Made by a program: the position numbers and the translations under genes
The notes under the pieces: generated by a model
Database searches by the model: none
Told to the model about the DNA's origin: nothing
What the model saw: the letters and a program-made list of their open reading frames with translations, nothing else
Part shown: positions 43,210 through 52,683 of the stretch, piece after piece
Layout of the letters: each line of letters begins with the position of its first letter
Position numbering within the stretch: the first letter of the stretch is position 1
Source of the DNA: Minisyncoccota bacterium
GTDB lineage: Bacteria > Patescibacteriota > Minisyncoccia > Phycocordibacterales > XYD1-FULL-46-19
Reading direction: 5' to 3'
Assembly: GCA_018063065.1 (NCBI GenBank)
Contig: JAGORB010000001.1
Span: 1-54,725 of the forward strand
DNA: 54,725 nt

Positions 43210-43274
43210 GTATTTGAAACAATATTTATATTGTGTTAGAGTGTTTTTACTTACGGCCAGGGGGCCATTTTTTT

Positions 43275-45053
43275 ATGGAGACAAGGAATATTGCGATTAT
43301 TGCCCACGTGGACCACGGCAAGACCACCCTCACAGACGCTATTTTGCGCCAGACCGGGGCGGTGACTACCGATGCCAGTATGGACTCCAACGCTCTTGAG
43401 CAAGAGCGGGGTATTACTATTTATGCCAAGAATGCCGCCGTTACTTATAAGGGGCATAAAATTAATATTGTCGACACCCCCGGCCACGCCGACTTCGGTT
43501 CCGAGGTGGAGCGGGTATTGCGCTCGATCGATTCAGTGGTTTTAGTGGTGGATGCCCAAGAGGGTCCGATGCCGCAGACCCGCTTCGTCCTTAAGAAGTC
43601 GTTGGAGATTGGCCACAAGCCGATTGTGGTTTTAAATAAAATTGATAAACCCGCCGCCGATTGCAAGCGCGCTCATGATGAGATCTTCGAGCTCTTCTTT
43701 GACCTTGGTGCGACGGAAGAGCAACTCAATTTCAAAACCGTTTACGCCATTGGTAAGGATGGCGTGGCCATGCGCGAGCTCGCCGATCCACGCGTCAACT
43801 TAGAGCCACTTCTAGATGTAATTGTGGAGACGGTGCCTCCGGCCCCGCACAATATTACCGCTCCGCTCCGGGCTCAACCCTTCAATTTAGGCTACGACAA
43901 TTTCTTGGGCCGCTTAGCGATTGCGCGCGTGTACGAGGGTGTTATTAAAGCCGGTGAGAAGGTATTTATTAAAAAGGGCGATGGTAGCGTGGCTGAAGGC
44001 CGAGTGGTTAAACTCTTCACCTTTGAGGGTATTGTCCGCAAGGAGGAGGCGATGGCCGAGGCCGGTGACATTGTCACCATTGCCGGTTTGCCCGAGATTT
44101 ATATCGGCGACACCATTTGCAGTGATGCGAGCGTAGAGAGTTTACCCTTCATTCATGTGGATGAGCCGACTATTACCCTTAACTTCTTGGTTAACAACTC
44201 GCCGTTTGGCGGACGCGAGGGTAAGTTTGTTACCGGCCGGCAAATTAAAGAGCGCTTAGAGAAGGAGTTGGAAGTAAATGTAGGACTGCGCGTAGATTTT
44301 AGTAATGATTTAATGCAAGTCTCGGGCCGCGGTGAGCTCCACATTGCCATTTTATTAGAGACCATGCGTCGCGAGGGTTATGAACTCCAAGTCTCGCAAC
44401 CGCGGGTAATTATTAAAGATGTGGACGGCGTAAAGAGCGAGCCGTTTGAAGAGGTAACCGTGGAGGTGCCGAGCGAGGCGCAAGGTACAGTCATTGAGAA
44501 GTTGGGTAAGCGTGGCGCCATTATGACCAATCTTAAGATGGAGGGCGACCGAGTGCGCATGATCTTTGAGGGGCCAACGCGTGGCCTCCTCGGTTATCGC
44601 GGGCAATTTGTGGTAGACACCAAGGGCGAGGGAATTTTTGCTAGTCGCGTGCTCGGCTTCAAGCCTTATGCCGGTGAGATTGAGAAGCGGGCCGTGGGCT
44701 CAATGATCTCGATGGCTGCGGGTAAAGCCTTGGCCTTCTCTTTAGATAACTTGCAAACTCGCGGCACGCTCTATATTGGCGCTAATACCGAGGTGTATGA
44801 AGGGATGGTAATTGGTAGTACCTCCAAGGGTGAGGAGATGAGTGTGAATCCGACTAAAGGTAAACAACTCACCAACATGCGCGCCTCTGGTACAGATGAG
44901 AATGTTCTCCTAACTCCGCCACTCGTCGTAACAATCGAGCGTGGCTTAGAGATTATGCAAGATGATGAATATTTAGAGATTACTCCCCACAGCGTGCGTC
45001 TACGCAAGCAATACTTAACCGACAACGACCGCGCCAAGGCTCGTCGGAATTAA
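43275..45053 (+). CDS. typA: translational GTPase TypA/BipA
   Basis: 592 aa from the ATG at 43275 ([19 protein letters not shown]). It has the G1-G4 motifs and an EF-G-like domain order. The upstream extension of the track ORF is rejected. Confidence 0.95.
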   Translation: METRNIAIIAHVDHGKTTLTDAILRQTGAVTTDASMDSNALEQERGITIYAKNAAVTYKGHKINIVDTPGHADFGSEVERVLRSIDSVVLVVDAQEGPMPQTRFVLKKSLEIGHKPIVVLNKIDKPAADCKRAHDEIFELFFDLGATEEQLNFKTVYAIGKDGVAMRELADPRVNLEPLLDVIVETVPPAPHNITAPLRAQPFNLGYDNFLGRLAIARVYEGVIKAGEKVFIKKGDGSVAEGRVVKLFTFEGIVRKEEAMAEAGDIVTIAGLPEIYIGDTICSDASVESLPFIHVDEPTITLNFLVNNSPFGGREGKFVTGRQIKERLEKELEVNVGLRVDFSNDLMQVSGRGELHIAILLETMRREGYELQVSQPRVIIKDVDGVKSEPFEEVTVEVPSEAQGTVIEKLGKRGAIMTNLKMEGDRVRMIFEGPTRGLLGYRGQFVVDTKGEGIFASRVLGFKPYAGEIEKRAVGSMISMAAGKALAFSLDNLQTRGTLYIGANTEVYEGMVIGSTSKGEEMSVNPTKGKQLTNMRASGTDENVLLTPPLVVTIERGLEIMQDDEYLEITPHSVRLRKQYLTDNDRAKARRN

Positions 45054-45100
45054 TTTATCCCAATTATCCTCTTGGTCGCTATTGCCAAGGGAGTGTATAA

Positions 45101-46327
45101 TTGAGGGATATGAAAACTTTTAAAATTTTAGGCTTTTTAGCCACTCTTATATTATTGCTCTCCGCTGGATCGGCTTCGGCTGCGGATAAATGTGTTTTTA
45201 CTCGCGACTTGGACTTAAATGTAGATGGTGAGGATGTGCGTTGCTTGCAGAAGTACCTCAACATGAGCGGCTTCGTTATTGCCAGTACCGGTCCAGGCGC
45301 GCCGGGTGGTGAGACCACCCTCTTCCGCGCTCTGACTAAAGAGGCAGTCATGAAGTGGCAAGCCGCCAAGGGCTTGAGCCCAGCTAGCGGTTACTTTGGC
45401 GCGCTCTCGCGCGCCAAATATAATTCATTGGTCACTGGCGCCACCGGCGAGGGCGCCGGCGATTTAGCGGCCAAGGCCGCCGCCCTCCAAGCTCAATTAA
45501 ACGGCTTGCAAGGCAATAGTAATTCCAACACTTCTTCTAACTCTTCTTCCAATAATTCTAGCTCCAACACCTCGACCAGTAGTGGTGAGAAGGCCGCTCG
45601 CGAGAAGATTGTGGCCGCAATGAAGATGATCAACAAGGCCGAGGATCAAGTGGATGATAATGAAGAGGGTGCCGACCTTCCTTCTGCCGAGAATAATTTG
45701 GACGACGCGCGCGAGGACTTGTTTGAGGCCGTAGACGCTTACTTTGATGCTCAATATGACGATGCCCTAGATAAGGCTAGTACCTCTCTTAGTAATGCCG
45801 AGGACGCCTTCGAGGATGCGGGTGGAGAGAGCTTTGAGGATGAGATTGATGACCTAATTGATGAGGTGGAAGATAAAATTGATTCTGCCTGGGATGAGGT
45901 AAGCAATGCCGATAATGATATTGATACGGAGGATGCCGAGGACTTCTTAGATGAAGCGGAAGATAAAATTGATCAAGCTAAGGATGCCTTGGATGACGAT
46001 GATGCCGATGGCGCTGAAGAATTGGCCAAGGATGCTGAGGACTTGGTAGACGACGCCTTGGATTCCTTAGATGAGGATAATAATAAAGAAAGTAAGGCCG
46101 AGGATGCGATTGCCGATGCCCAAGATGCGATTGATGAGGCTGAGGATGCGATTGCTGAGGCAGAGGATGATGGTGATGATGTGGACGACGCTCAAGATTT
46201 ATTAGATGACGCCGAAGATAAATTAAATGATGCCGAGGATGCCTTAGACGATGAGGATTGGGACGAGGCGATTGACTTGGCTAATGATGCTGAAGACTTG
46301 GCCAATGACGCCATCGACGAGCTCTAA
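45101..46327 (+). CDS. secreted PG-binding-domain protein with Ser/Asn linker and extremely acidic Asp/Glu/Ala repeat region
   Basis: 408 aa. Signal peptide (ILGFLATLILLLSAGSASA), PG_binding_1-like segment (VDGEDVRCLQKYLN..), an SN-rich linker, then about 200 aa of D/E/A repeats (e.g. DDAEDKLNDAEDALDDEDWDEAIDLANDAEDLANDAIDEL). Confidence 0.8.
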   Translation: MRDMKTFKILGFLATLILLLSAGSASAADKCVFTRDLDLNVDGEDVRCLQKYLNMSGFVIASTGPGAPGGETTLFRALTKEAVMKWQAAKGLSPASGYFGALSRAKYNSLVTGATGEGAGDLAAKAAALQAQLNGLQGNSNSNTSSNSSSNNSSSNTSTSSGEKAAREKIVAAMKMINKAEDQVDDNEEGADLPSAENNLDDAREDLFEAVDAYFDAQYDDALDKASTSLSNAEDAFEDAGGESFEDEIDDLIDEVEDKIDSAWDEVSNADNDIDTEDAEDFLDEAEDKIDQAKDALDDDDADGAEELAKDAEDLVDDALDSLDEDNNKESKAEDAIADAQDAIDEAEDAIAEAEDDGDDVDDAQDLLDDAEDKLNDAEDALDDEDWDEAIDLANDAEDLANDAIDEL

Positions 46328-46333
46328 AATTAG

Positions 46334-46876
46334 ATGTTAGAAAAAGCCATTTTTGGCGGCGGATGCTTCTGGTGCACCGAGGCGGTGTTTAAGATGATGC
46401 GCGGAGTGTCTTCCGTCTTGCCAGGTTACAGTGGTGGGGAGAAGGCTAACCCCACTTATGATGAGGTCTGCTCTGGCCAGAGCGGTCATGTGGAGGTGGT
46501 GCAAGTAGAATATGATCCCACTCAAGTGAAGTATCGTGATTTACTCACGGTCTTCTTTGGTAGTCATGATCCCACCACGCTTAATCGGCAGGGTAATGAT
46601 GTGGGTACACAGTATCGCTCGGTCATCTTCTACACTACCGATAAGCAAAAAGATGAGGCGGAGCAGTTTATTAAAGAGATTAACGAGTCTAATAAATTAG
46701 GCTCGCCCATCGTAACGACCGTGGAGCCTTTAACTAATTTTTACGAGGCCGAGAATTATCATCACGACTACTTCGCCACCAATCCTGGTAACCCGTATTG
46801 TGAAGTGGTGATTAATCCTAAACTAGAAAAGATCCAAAAAAACTTCGCCCATTTATTAAAAAACTTAGATAAATAA
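46334..46876 (+). CDS. msrA: peptide-methionine (S)-S-oxide reductase
   Basis: 180 aa. The active site is GGGCFWC, and GHVEVV and NDVGTQYRS are also present. Confidence 0.95.
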   Translation: MLEKAIFGGGCFWCTEAVFKMMRGVSSVLPGYSGGEKANPTYDEVCSGQSGHVEVVQVEYDPTQVKYRDLLTVFFGSHDPTTLNRQGNDVGTQYRSVIFYTTDKQKDEAEQFIKEINESNKLGSPIVTTVEPLTNFYEAENYHHDYFATNPGNPYCEVVINPKLEKIQKNFAHLLKNLDK

Positions 46877-46879
46877 TTT

Positions 46880-47269
46880 ATGAAAGAAATGCCTAAAGAT
46901 GAAGGGGAGTGGAAGGAGATGTTAACTCCCGAGCAATACGCCGTGTTGCGGGGGAGGGGGACGGAGGCGCCAGGGAGTGGTAAGTATTTATATGAGAAGA
47001 GTGATGGCACTTATAATTGTGTGGCGTGTGGTAACCCTTTATTTAACTCGGAGGCCAAGTTTGATTCTGGTACCGGTTGGCCCAGTTTTGATCAGGCCTT
47101 ACCCGGAGCGGTAGAGTCGATTGAAGATACTTCTCACGGTATGCATCGCACCGAGGTGGTATGTGCTCGCTGTCGCTCGCACTTGGGTCATGTCTTCCCC
47201 GATGGGCCTACTAGTACCGGCCAGCGTTACTGTCTCAACTCAGTGTGTTTAGATTTAGATAGAAAATAA
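46880..47269 (+). CDS. msrB: peptide-methionine (R)-S-oxide reductase
   Basis: 129 aa. CxxC..CxxC zinc site ([20 protein letters not shown]) and a catalytic RYCLNS. Confidence 0.95.
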   Translation: MKEMPKDEGEWKEMLTPEQYAVLRGRGTEAPGSGKYLYEKSDGTYNCVACGNPLFNSEAKFDSGTGWPSFDQALPGAVESIEDTSHGMHRTEVVCARCRSHLGHVFPDGPTSTGQRYCLNSVCLDLDRK

Positions 47270-47303
47270 AATCTTTTTCTCACGTCAGGTATAATAAGAG
47301 GGC

Positions 47304-47528
47304 ATGTCTAACTTCCTACAAATGGATATCTTCTTCATTATTGCCAGTATGGCGGTTTTGGTGGTGGGCGGGTTTATTATCTTCTTACTTTATCGTATCT
47401 GGTTAATTATTCGCTTGGTGGAGGGGTTAATTAAACGCGCCGAGAAGGAAGGTAGTCGCTTACTCTCCTTTTTATCCTTCATGAGTGGTAGTAAGAAGAA
47501 GGGTAAACGAGCGACAGATAAAGTATGA
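47304..47528 (+). CDS. small membrane protein (74 aa)
   Basis: One long hydrophobic segment and a basic C-terminus. Its stop overlaps the next start (ATGA). Confidence 0.5.
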   Translation: MSNFLQMDIFFIIASMAVLVVGGFIIFLLYRIWLIIRLVEGLIKRAEKEGSRLLSFLSFMSGSKKKGKRATDKV

Positions 47529-47890
47529 CAACTAAAAAACAACGTGTCGCCGCCGGCGTGAGCGCCGGCATCGCGGCGGGCCTGGCCGCCGCTGGGGCGG
47601 GTTACTACTTTTATGGGAGTGAGGATGCCAAGAAGCATCGCCAGAGTGCCGCCAAGTGGGCCCAGAATTTAAAGCGTGAGGTAGTGAAAGAAGTGAAGAG
47701 ACTTAAAAAGATTGATAGCAAACAAGTGGCCGGCGTGGTGGATGAAGTGGCCGGGGCCTATGCCACTGTGCGGGGCTTGAAGGCGGCCGATCTTGAACAG
47801 GCGGCTAAAGAGCTCAAAAGTAATTGGCAGAAGTTGAAGGCAGAGCTTAAACCAGCAGCTAAAAAGCGCCGGAAAGCTGTTAATAAGTAG
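47525..47890 (+). CDS. hypothetical protein (121 aa), Gly/Ala-rich N-terminal helix and Lys-rich coiled region
   Basis: It is translationally coupled to the preceding ORF. A YtxH-like character is possible, but I did not verify it. Confidence 0.5.
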   Translation: MTTKKQRVAAGVSAGIAAGLAAAGAGYYFYGSEDAKKHRQSAAKWAQNLKREVVKEVKRLKKIDSKQVAGVVDEVAGAYATVRGLKAADLEQAAKELKSNWQKLKAELKPAAKKRRKAVNK

Positions 47891-47929
47891 CTTTACAAAA
47901 GGGTCATTTAAGCCTTATAATTAAAGGAT

Positions 47930-48397
47930 ATGGAAAACAAAAATACCTATTACTTAGTGGGCGCGATCGTGATTATTATCGCTATTATTGGCGGAGCTTA
48001 TTACTACAGTCGCAGTACCGACACTGATCCGGTAGACACCCAAGTGGGAGACGTTAATCAGCCTTCCGGCGAGATTATTACCGCTCGTCACCAGTTTAAG
48101 AATGGAATTCACTTAATTGCCGGTTCAGTTAACTTACCAACCCCTTGTCACCTCTTAGTTGAGAATGTGCAGGTTAATAAGTCTTTGCCCGAGCAAGTAA
48201 CACTGGCCTTCACCGCCACTTCTTCCGCCGAGGCTTGTATCCAGGTTATTACTCCTGTCCGCTTCCGCTTTGATGTTACTGCTTCCGAGGATGCTCAATT
48301 TGACGCTACTTGGAATGGCGCGCCCGTTCGTCTCAATTTAATCCCCGTTGGTCCTAATGAAGATATTGAGGACTTCGAGATCTTCATTAAGGGTTAG
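47930..48397 (+). CDS. hypothetical membrane-anchored protein (155 aa)
   Basis: N-terminal TM helix (YYLVGAIVIIIAIIGGAYYY). Confidence 0.6.
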   Translation: MENKNTYYLVGAIVIIIAIIGGAYYYSRSTDTDPVDTQVGDVNQPSGEIITARHQFKNGIHLIAGSVNLPTPCHLLVENVQVNKSLPEQVTLAFTATSSAEACIQVITPVRFRFDVTASEDAQFDATWNGAPVRLNLIPVGPNEDIEDFEIFIKG

Positions 48398-48487
48398 TTA
48401 GCGTATGGTAGATAAGACGATCTTCTGGTGCTACTTCCCCTTACTTGCTGTTAAAGAATTAATCAAACGCCATAAATCTGATAAATA

Positions 48488-49501
48488 ATGAAAATTGCCT
48501 TCTTGGGCTTGGAGGAGTGGGAGAGAGATTATCTTAAGCAGAAGAGCGGTTTGCCCGAGGGCGAGGTGGCTTATGTTGATGGTATTTTAGACGAGGGTAA
48601 TTTGCCATCGCCGGAGGTGGCCGAGGCCGAAGTGCTCTCGGTGTTTGTGGACAGTAAGGTTAATACCGCTGTTTTATCGGCCCTGCCTAATCTTAAGCAC
48701 ATTGCCACTCGCTCGACCGGCTTTGATCATATTGATCTTAAGACCTGCGTGGAGAGGGGCATTACCGTTAGCACCGTGCCCGGTTACGGCGAGGTCACTG
48801 TGGCCGAGTATGCCTTCGCCCTCCTCCTGGCGTGGTCGCGACGAGTGTACGATGGAGTTGATCGGGTAAAAGAACAAAGTGATTTCTCTCCAGAAGGCTT
48901 AAAAGGCTTTGATTTGTTTGGTAAAACTTTCGGCATTATCGGTACCGGTCGGATTGGCAAGCATGCGGCTAAGATTGCCAAGGGCTTCGGCATGAATGTT
49001 ATTGCTTATGATGTGTATCCCAATGAAGCGGCGGCCACGGAGATTGGCTTTAAATATTTAAGTTTAGATGAATTGTTAAAAAGTTCTGACATTGTTTCTC
49101 TCCATGTGCCCTACACGCCAGAGAATCATCATCTTATAAATGCCGATAAATTAAAGTTGATGAAGGCGAGTGCGGTGTTGGTAAACACGGCTCGCGGCTC
49201 ATTGATTGACACTCCGGCTTTAGCGGAAGCACTTAAGAATAAAGTTATTGCCGCCGCTTGCCTTGATGTGTTGGAGGAGGAGGGCGTGCTTAAAGATGAA
49301 TTTGGTTATGTGAAGGGGATTAATCAGGAGGCCGATATGAAGGCGGTGCTCGCCGGACATATCCTCTTTGATTTACCTAATGTGTTGGTAACGCCCCACA
49401 ATGCTTTTAACACTCAAGAGGCATTAGAAAGAATTCTAGCCACCACGGCGGAGAATATTAAAGGTTATCTCGCCGGCACCCCCACCAATCTCGCCAAGTA
49501 A
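48488..49501 (+). CDS. D-isomer-specific 2-hydroxyacid dehydrogenase family protein
   Basis: 337 aa. NAD-binding GIIGTGRIGKHAAKIAKGFGMNVIAYD, plus LVNTARG and VTPHNAF. Confidence 0.9.
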   Translation: MKIAFLGLEEWERDYLKQKSGLPEGEVAYVDGILDEGNLPSPEVAEAEVLSVFVDSKVNTAVLSALPNLKHIATRSTGFDHIDLKTCVERGITVSTVPGYGEVTVAEYAFALLLAWSRRVYDGVDRVKEQSDFSPEGLKGFDLFGKTFGIIGTGRIGKHAAKIAKGFGMNVIAYDVYPNEAAATEIGFKYLSLDELLKSSDIVSLHVPYTPENHHLINADKLKLMKASAVLVNTARGSLIDTPALAEALKNKVIAAACLDVLEEEGVLKDEFGYVKGINQEADMKAVLAGHILFDLPNVLVTPHNAFNTQEALERILATTAENIKGYLAGTPTNLAK

Positions 49502-49503
49502 AA

Positions 49504-49540
49504 AAGCGCCCGCCACACCGATGGGGTGTGAGGGGCGCTT
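49504..49540. terminator. nested GC-rich hairpin between convergent genes
   Basis: AAGCGCCC..(CACACC-gatg-GGTGTG)..GGGCGCTT. A T-run is present on the minus-strand side. Confidence 0.6.
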
Positions 49541-49546
49541 GTATCT

Positions 49547-50905
49547 TCATTGAGCCGCGGCGCGGGCCTCCACCTTTTTGGGGAGGTTATGTATTTTAGC
49601 TGGCTTTACCTCATTGCGATTTCCTTTGCCGTTTAGGCGTTTGCGGTGATAAGACAATGGTAACACATACGCATCGTCTTGATTTTGATGATCTTCGCTG
49701 AGAATTGCCTCCACGATTTTTTCTGGAATAGCCGGTACTAAGTTCTCTTTGCCCGAGATCTTGAGAAGAGGTAAACCATCTTCCCGCCAATCTTGTATGG
49801 GCAAAAATATTTCATCGCCTACTGACCGTTTGGTGGCCTTCTTAGTTGCCCCTGGACAGTAGAACGCGAAGTGAGGACCTATCGCAAGAAGTCGTCTCAT
49901 TAGAGTTACTTTTTTGGTCAAGGTTATCTCACGATTAACTTTATTTTTCATCCTTTGAGCAATTTCTCTTTCGATTTGTTGCTGGATGTTTTGGGGCTCG
50001 CTTTCCCGTCTCAACCGATCGCTTTTTTGAAGCTGGGAGACTTGGTAACGTGCCCTTGCATAGAGGAACGAGATGATAATAATCACGATAGCTGCAATGG
50101 CGAAAGCTATGGTGATCCAGATGAATGAATCAGATGAATTATTTAAGTATGAGCCATTGTTGCCGGGAGCGATTGCTCCGGCCTTGGATTTTTTACTTTC
50201 GGCGAGCTCGCGCTCTAGCCGCTCATTTTCATCTGTTAGACTGTGGATCTTGGCTTCTTGGGTTTTAAGTACCCCAGCTTCAATCCACTCACCGCTCTGG
50301 ATTATTTTGCGGTAGCGCTCAACCTCATTTTTAAGATTGAGATTTTTTTCCTCCAGAGCGACGATTACCGACGTGTCGGCTGATTCCATGGCCGCCGATT
50401 GTGCGGCGGCCGGTTGTTCCGGCGATCGTCCTTCCTCCGGACTGATGGAAACTGTTTCGAGAGAATCTCGTTCGGGTCCGACTGCGTATCCATCTCCTTT
50501 AAATTCGAATCCGTCGTCTCCGATGGCGAGTTCTGGTCCAGGAGTGCCTGAATCAGTTCGCTCGTCATTTGCACCGATGTTGTCATCTCCCCCGTCTGTC
50601 GCATCTTCTACGTTCTCCTTCGTTTCAGTTTGGGTTACGGCTTCTTCAACTTTCTTGACTGGGAATTTGTAGATCCCCGGCTGGAGTTTGTTGATGTTTT
50701 GAGATGGATTAACCATCTCCCAAGCGGTCACGTATTCTGGCGAGTAAGGATACAGTCCCATAGCCCGAGCTTCCGGATGGCCAAAGTAGGTATGTCCTAC
50801 CGAGCCACCTTTTACTACTTCCAACTCAACAGTTTCGAACTGTTCGGCACTCACCAACAGGGCAAATGCCATCAACATCGTTACAACTACCATAAGTTTA
50901 CGCAT
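49547..50905 (-). CDS. hypothetical bitopic membrane protein (signal peptide, acidic/coiled-coil ectodomain, one TM, cytoplasmic domain)
   Basis: 452 aa. N-terminal signal (VVVTMLMAFALLVSA), a coiled-coil segment (NLKNEVERYRKII..LTDENERLERELAESKK) and a TM helix (FIWITIAFAIAAIVIIIISFLY). Confidence 0.7.
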   Translation of the reverse strand: MRKLMVVVTMLMAFALLVSAEQFETVELEVVKGGSVGHTYFGHPEARAMGLYPYSPEYVTAWEMVNPSQNINKLQPGIYKFPVKKVEEAVTQTETKENVEDATDGGDDNIGANDERTDSGTPGPELAIGDDGFEFKGDGYAVGPERDSLETVSISPEEGRSPEQPAAAQSAAMESADTSVIVALEEKNLNLKNEVERYRKIIQSGEWIEAGVLKTQEAKIHSLTDENERLERELAESKKSKAGAIAPGNNGSYLNNSSDSFIWITIAFAIAAIVIIIISFLYARARYQVSQLQKSDRLRRESEPQNIQQQIEREIAQRMKNKVNREITLTKKVTLMRRLLAIGPHFAFYCPGATKKATKRSVGDEIFLPIQDWREDGLPLLKISGKENLVPAIPEKIVEAILSEDHQNQDDAYVLPLSYHRKRLNGKGNRNEVKPAKIHNLPKKVEARAAAQ

Positions 50906-51063
50906 GACTACGTCTCCTTTTCGCTTTCGCGGTTCAATTCAGTTTATTAATATGTCAAAGGCCTAACCGGGCCTCTATAACGGTATCTATATTCAAGCCT
51001 CGCGGCTGGATCTATTTCTACCTCATTTAGACAATTTTGGCAAGTATGTTAAGGTAATGGGGC

Positions 51064-52329
51064 ATGAAGCCGCTTAAATTTGAAGTAATTAAAGAGATTC
51101 CTGGCACCCTCGGTCGTGCCGGGGTTGTTACTACGCCGCATGGGATAATTCAGACCCCAGCCTTCGTTACCGTTGGTACCAAGGCCACTGTTAAGGCGCT
51201 CACGCCCGAGCAAGTTAAGAGTTTAGGCGCGCAAGTGGTACTCGCCAATACTTATCACTTATATCTAGAGCCGGGCGAGCAAATTTTAAACCAGGCCGGC
51301 GGTTTACATAACTTTATGAATTGGCCGGGGCCAACTATGACCGACTCGGGCGGCTTCCAAGCCTTCTCACTCGGCGCCGCGTTTGGTAAAGGTGGGGTAA
51401 GTAAGGTGGCGAGAGGAGAAATTGCTACAGAATCGGATAATTCTCGCGTCTTCACCCCAGAGGGGCCCTACGCCGACAAGAATTTTCCTGATTCTCCGCT
51501 TGCTAAGATAGATGAAGATGGTGTGACTTTTAAATCACACATTGATGGCAGTGAGCATCGCTTTACGCCTGAGCGCTCGATGGAGATTCAACATCACATT
51601 GGCGCCGACATTATGTTTGCCTTCGATGAATGTACTTCACCACAAGCGAGTTATGAGTATCAGCAAGAGGCCATGGACCGCACGCATCGCTGGGCCAAGC
51701 GGAGTTTAGACTTCCATCAGCAGTCCGGCCAGGCCGATAAACAGGCTTTATTCGGCATTGTCCAAGGCGGCCGTCATCAAGACTTGCGAGAAGAGTCGGC
51801 TAAGTTTATTGCCTCCCTCAATTTTGATGGCTTTGGTATTGGGGGCTCATTTAATAAAGATGATTTAAGTACGGCCGTGGGTTGGGTTAACAGCATTTTG
51901 CCCAAAGATAAACCGCGCCACTTGCTAGGTATTGGTGAGGTGGAGGATCTGTTTAATGGCGTGGAGAATGGGGTAGATACCTTCGACTGTGTTATGCCCA
52001 CGCGCATGGCTCGCAATGGCACACTCCAAACAGCGAGTGGGCGGATCAATATTTTTAACGCTCAATATAAAAATGACTTCACGCCAATTGAAGAAGGTTG
52101 TGAGTGTTACACCTGTTCACCCCGCCATGGCGGGGCAGGTTATACTCGCGCTTATTTGGCCCATTTATTTAGGAGTAATGAGATCTTGGCCAACACTTTA
52201 GCCTCCATTCATAACTTATATTTTTTCATCCATCTGGTTGATCAAATGCGAGACCACATTTTAACCGGCACCTTCCAGGACTTCAAAAATTATTTCCTCT
52301 CTGGTATAAAGAAGGAGGAACGGGACTAA
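51064..52329 (+). CDS. tgt: queuine tRNA-ribosyltransferase
   Basis: 421 aa. Motifs include TPAFVTVGTKATVK, LANTYHL, TDSGGFQ, FDEC and GIGGS, plus the zinc site CxC..C (CECYTCS) ..H. Confidence 0.95.
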   Translation: MKPLKFEVIKEIPGTLGRAGVVTTPHGIIQTPAFVTVGTKATVKALTPEQVKSLGAQVVLANTYHLYLEPGEQILNQAGGLHNFMNWPGPTMTDSGGFQAFSLGAAFGKGGVSKVARGEIATESDNSRVFTPEGPYADKNFPDSPLAKIDEDGVTFKSHIDGSEHRFTPERSMEIQHHIGADIMFAFDECTSPQASYEYQQEAMDRTHRWAKRSLDFHQQSGQADKQALFGIVQGGRHQDLREESAKFIASLNFDGFGIGGSFNKDDLSTAVGWVNSILPKDKPRHLLGIGEVEDLFNGVENGVDTFDCVMPTRMARNGTLQTASGRINIFNAQYKNDFTPIEEGCECYTCSPRHGGAGYTRAYLAHLFRSNEILANTLASIHNLYFFIHLVDQMRDHILTGTFQDFKNYFLSGIKKEERD

Positions 52330-52349
52330 AGAGGAGAGAGGAGGATGAG

Positions 52350-52601
52350 ATGGTGGTAGCCTTATTGTGTTGGCTCGGAGCTTTTTCATGTGTTGTCCCT
52401 CTTGCTTCATGGTCCTTGGAGAATGAGGGTAAAAGAGAGAGGATCAATAAATCCGTCGTTGCCTCGTGGGGTTTGTTGATCATTCTACTCTTTGCTTTGT
52501 TTAAGTTTTGTTATGTTAATCGGCACGAGGTTGATTTCTGGTTGGAGTTGATTTGGGTCTGGTCCTGGCTGGAGATCAAGAGTTGGTTTGTGGGATGGTA
52601 G
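52350..52601 (+). CDS. possible small membrane protein (83 aa)
   Basis: A hydrophobic, Trp-rich ORF followed by the terminator at 52621-52655. There is no clear SD. Confidence 0.35.
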   Translation: MVVALLCWLGAFSCVVPLASWSLENEGKRERINKSVVASWGLLIILLFALFKFCYVNRHEVDFWLELIWVWSWLEIKSWFVGW

Positions 52602-52620
52602 TATGCTTCATCGGTCTTAG

Positions 52621-52655
52621 CCGCCCCGAGCGTAGTCGAGGGGCGGTTTTATTTT
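52621..52655 (+). terminator. intrinsic terminator
   Basis: CCGCCCC-12 nt-GGGGCGG followed by TTTTATTTT. Confidence 0.7.
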
Positions 52656-52683
52656 GCCTCAGTTTTTGCTAGATTGGAGATTC

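Noticed and set aside
43233-43274. Upstream extension of typA (track ORF start 43233), and similar extensions of uvrB (52654) and of the 32142 ORF
   Set aside because: The extensions add non-conserved residues upstream of the canonical N-termini ([17 protein letters not shown]; MAIFKLKSKYKPDGDQP), or they cross terminators. Internal ATGs were chosen.
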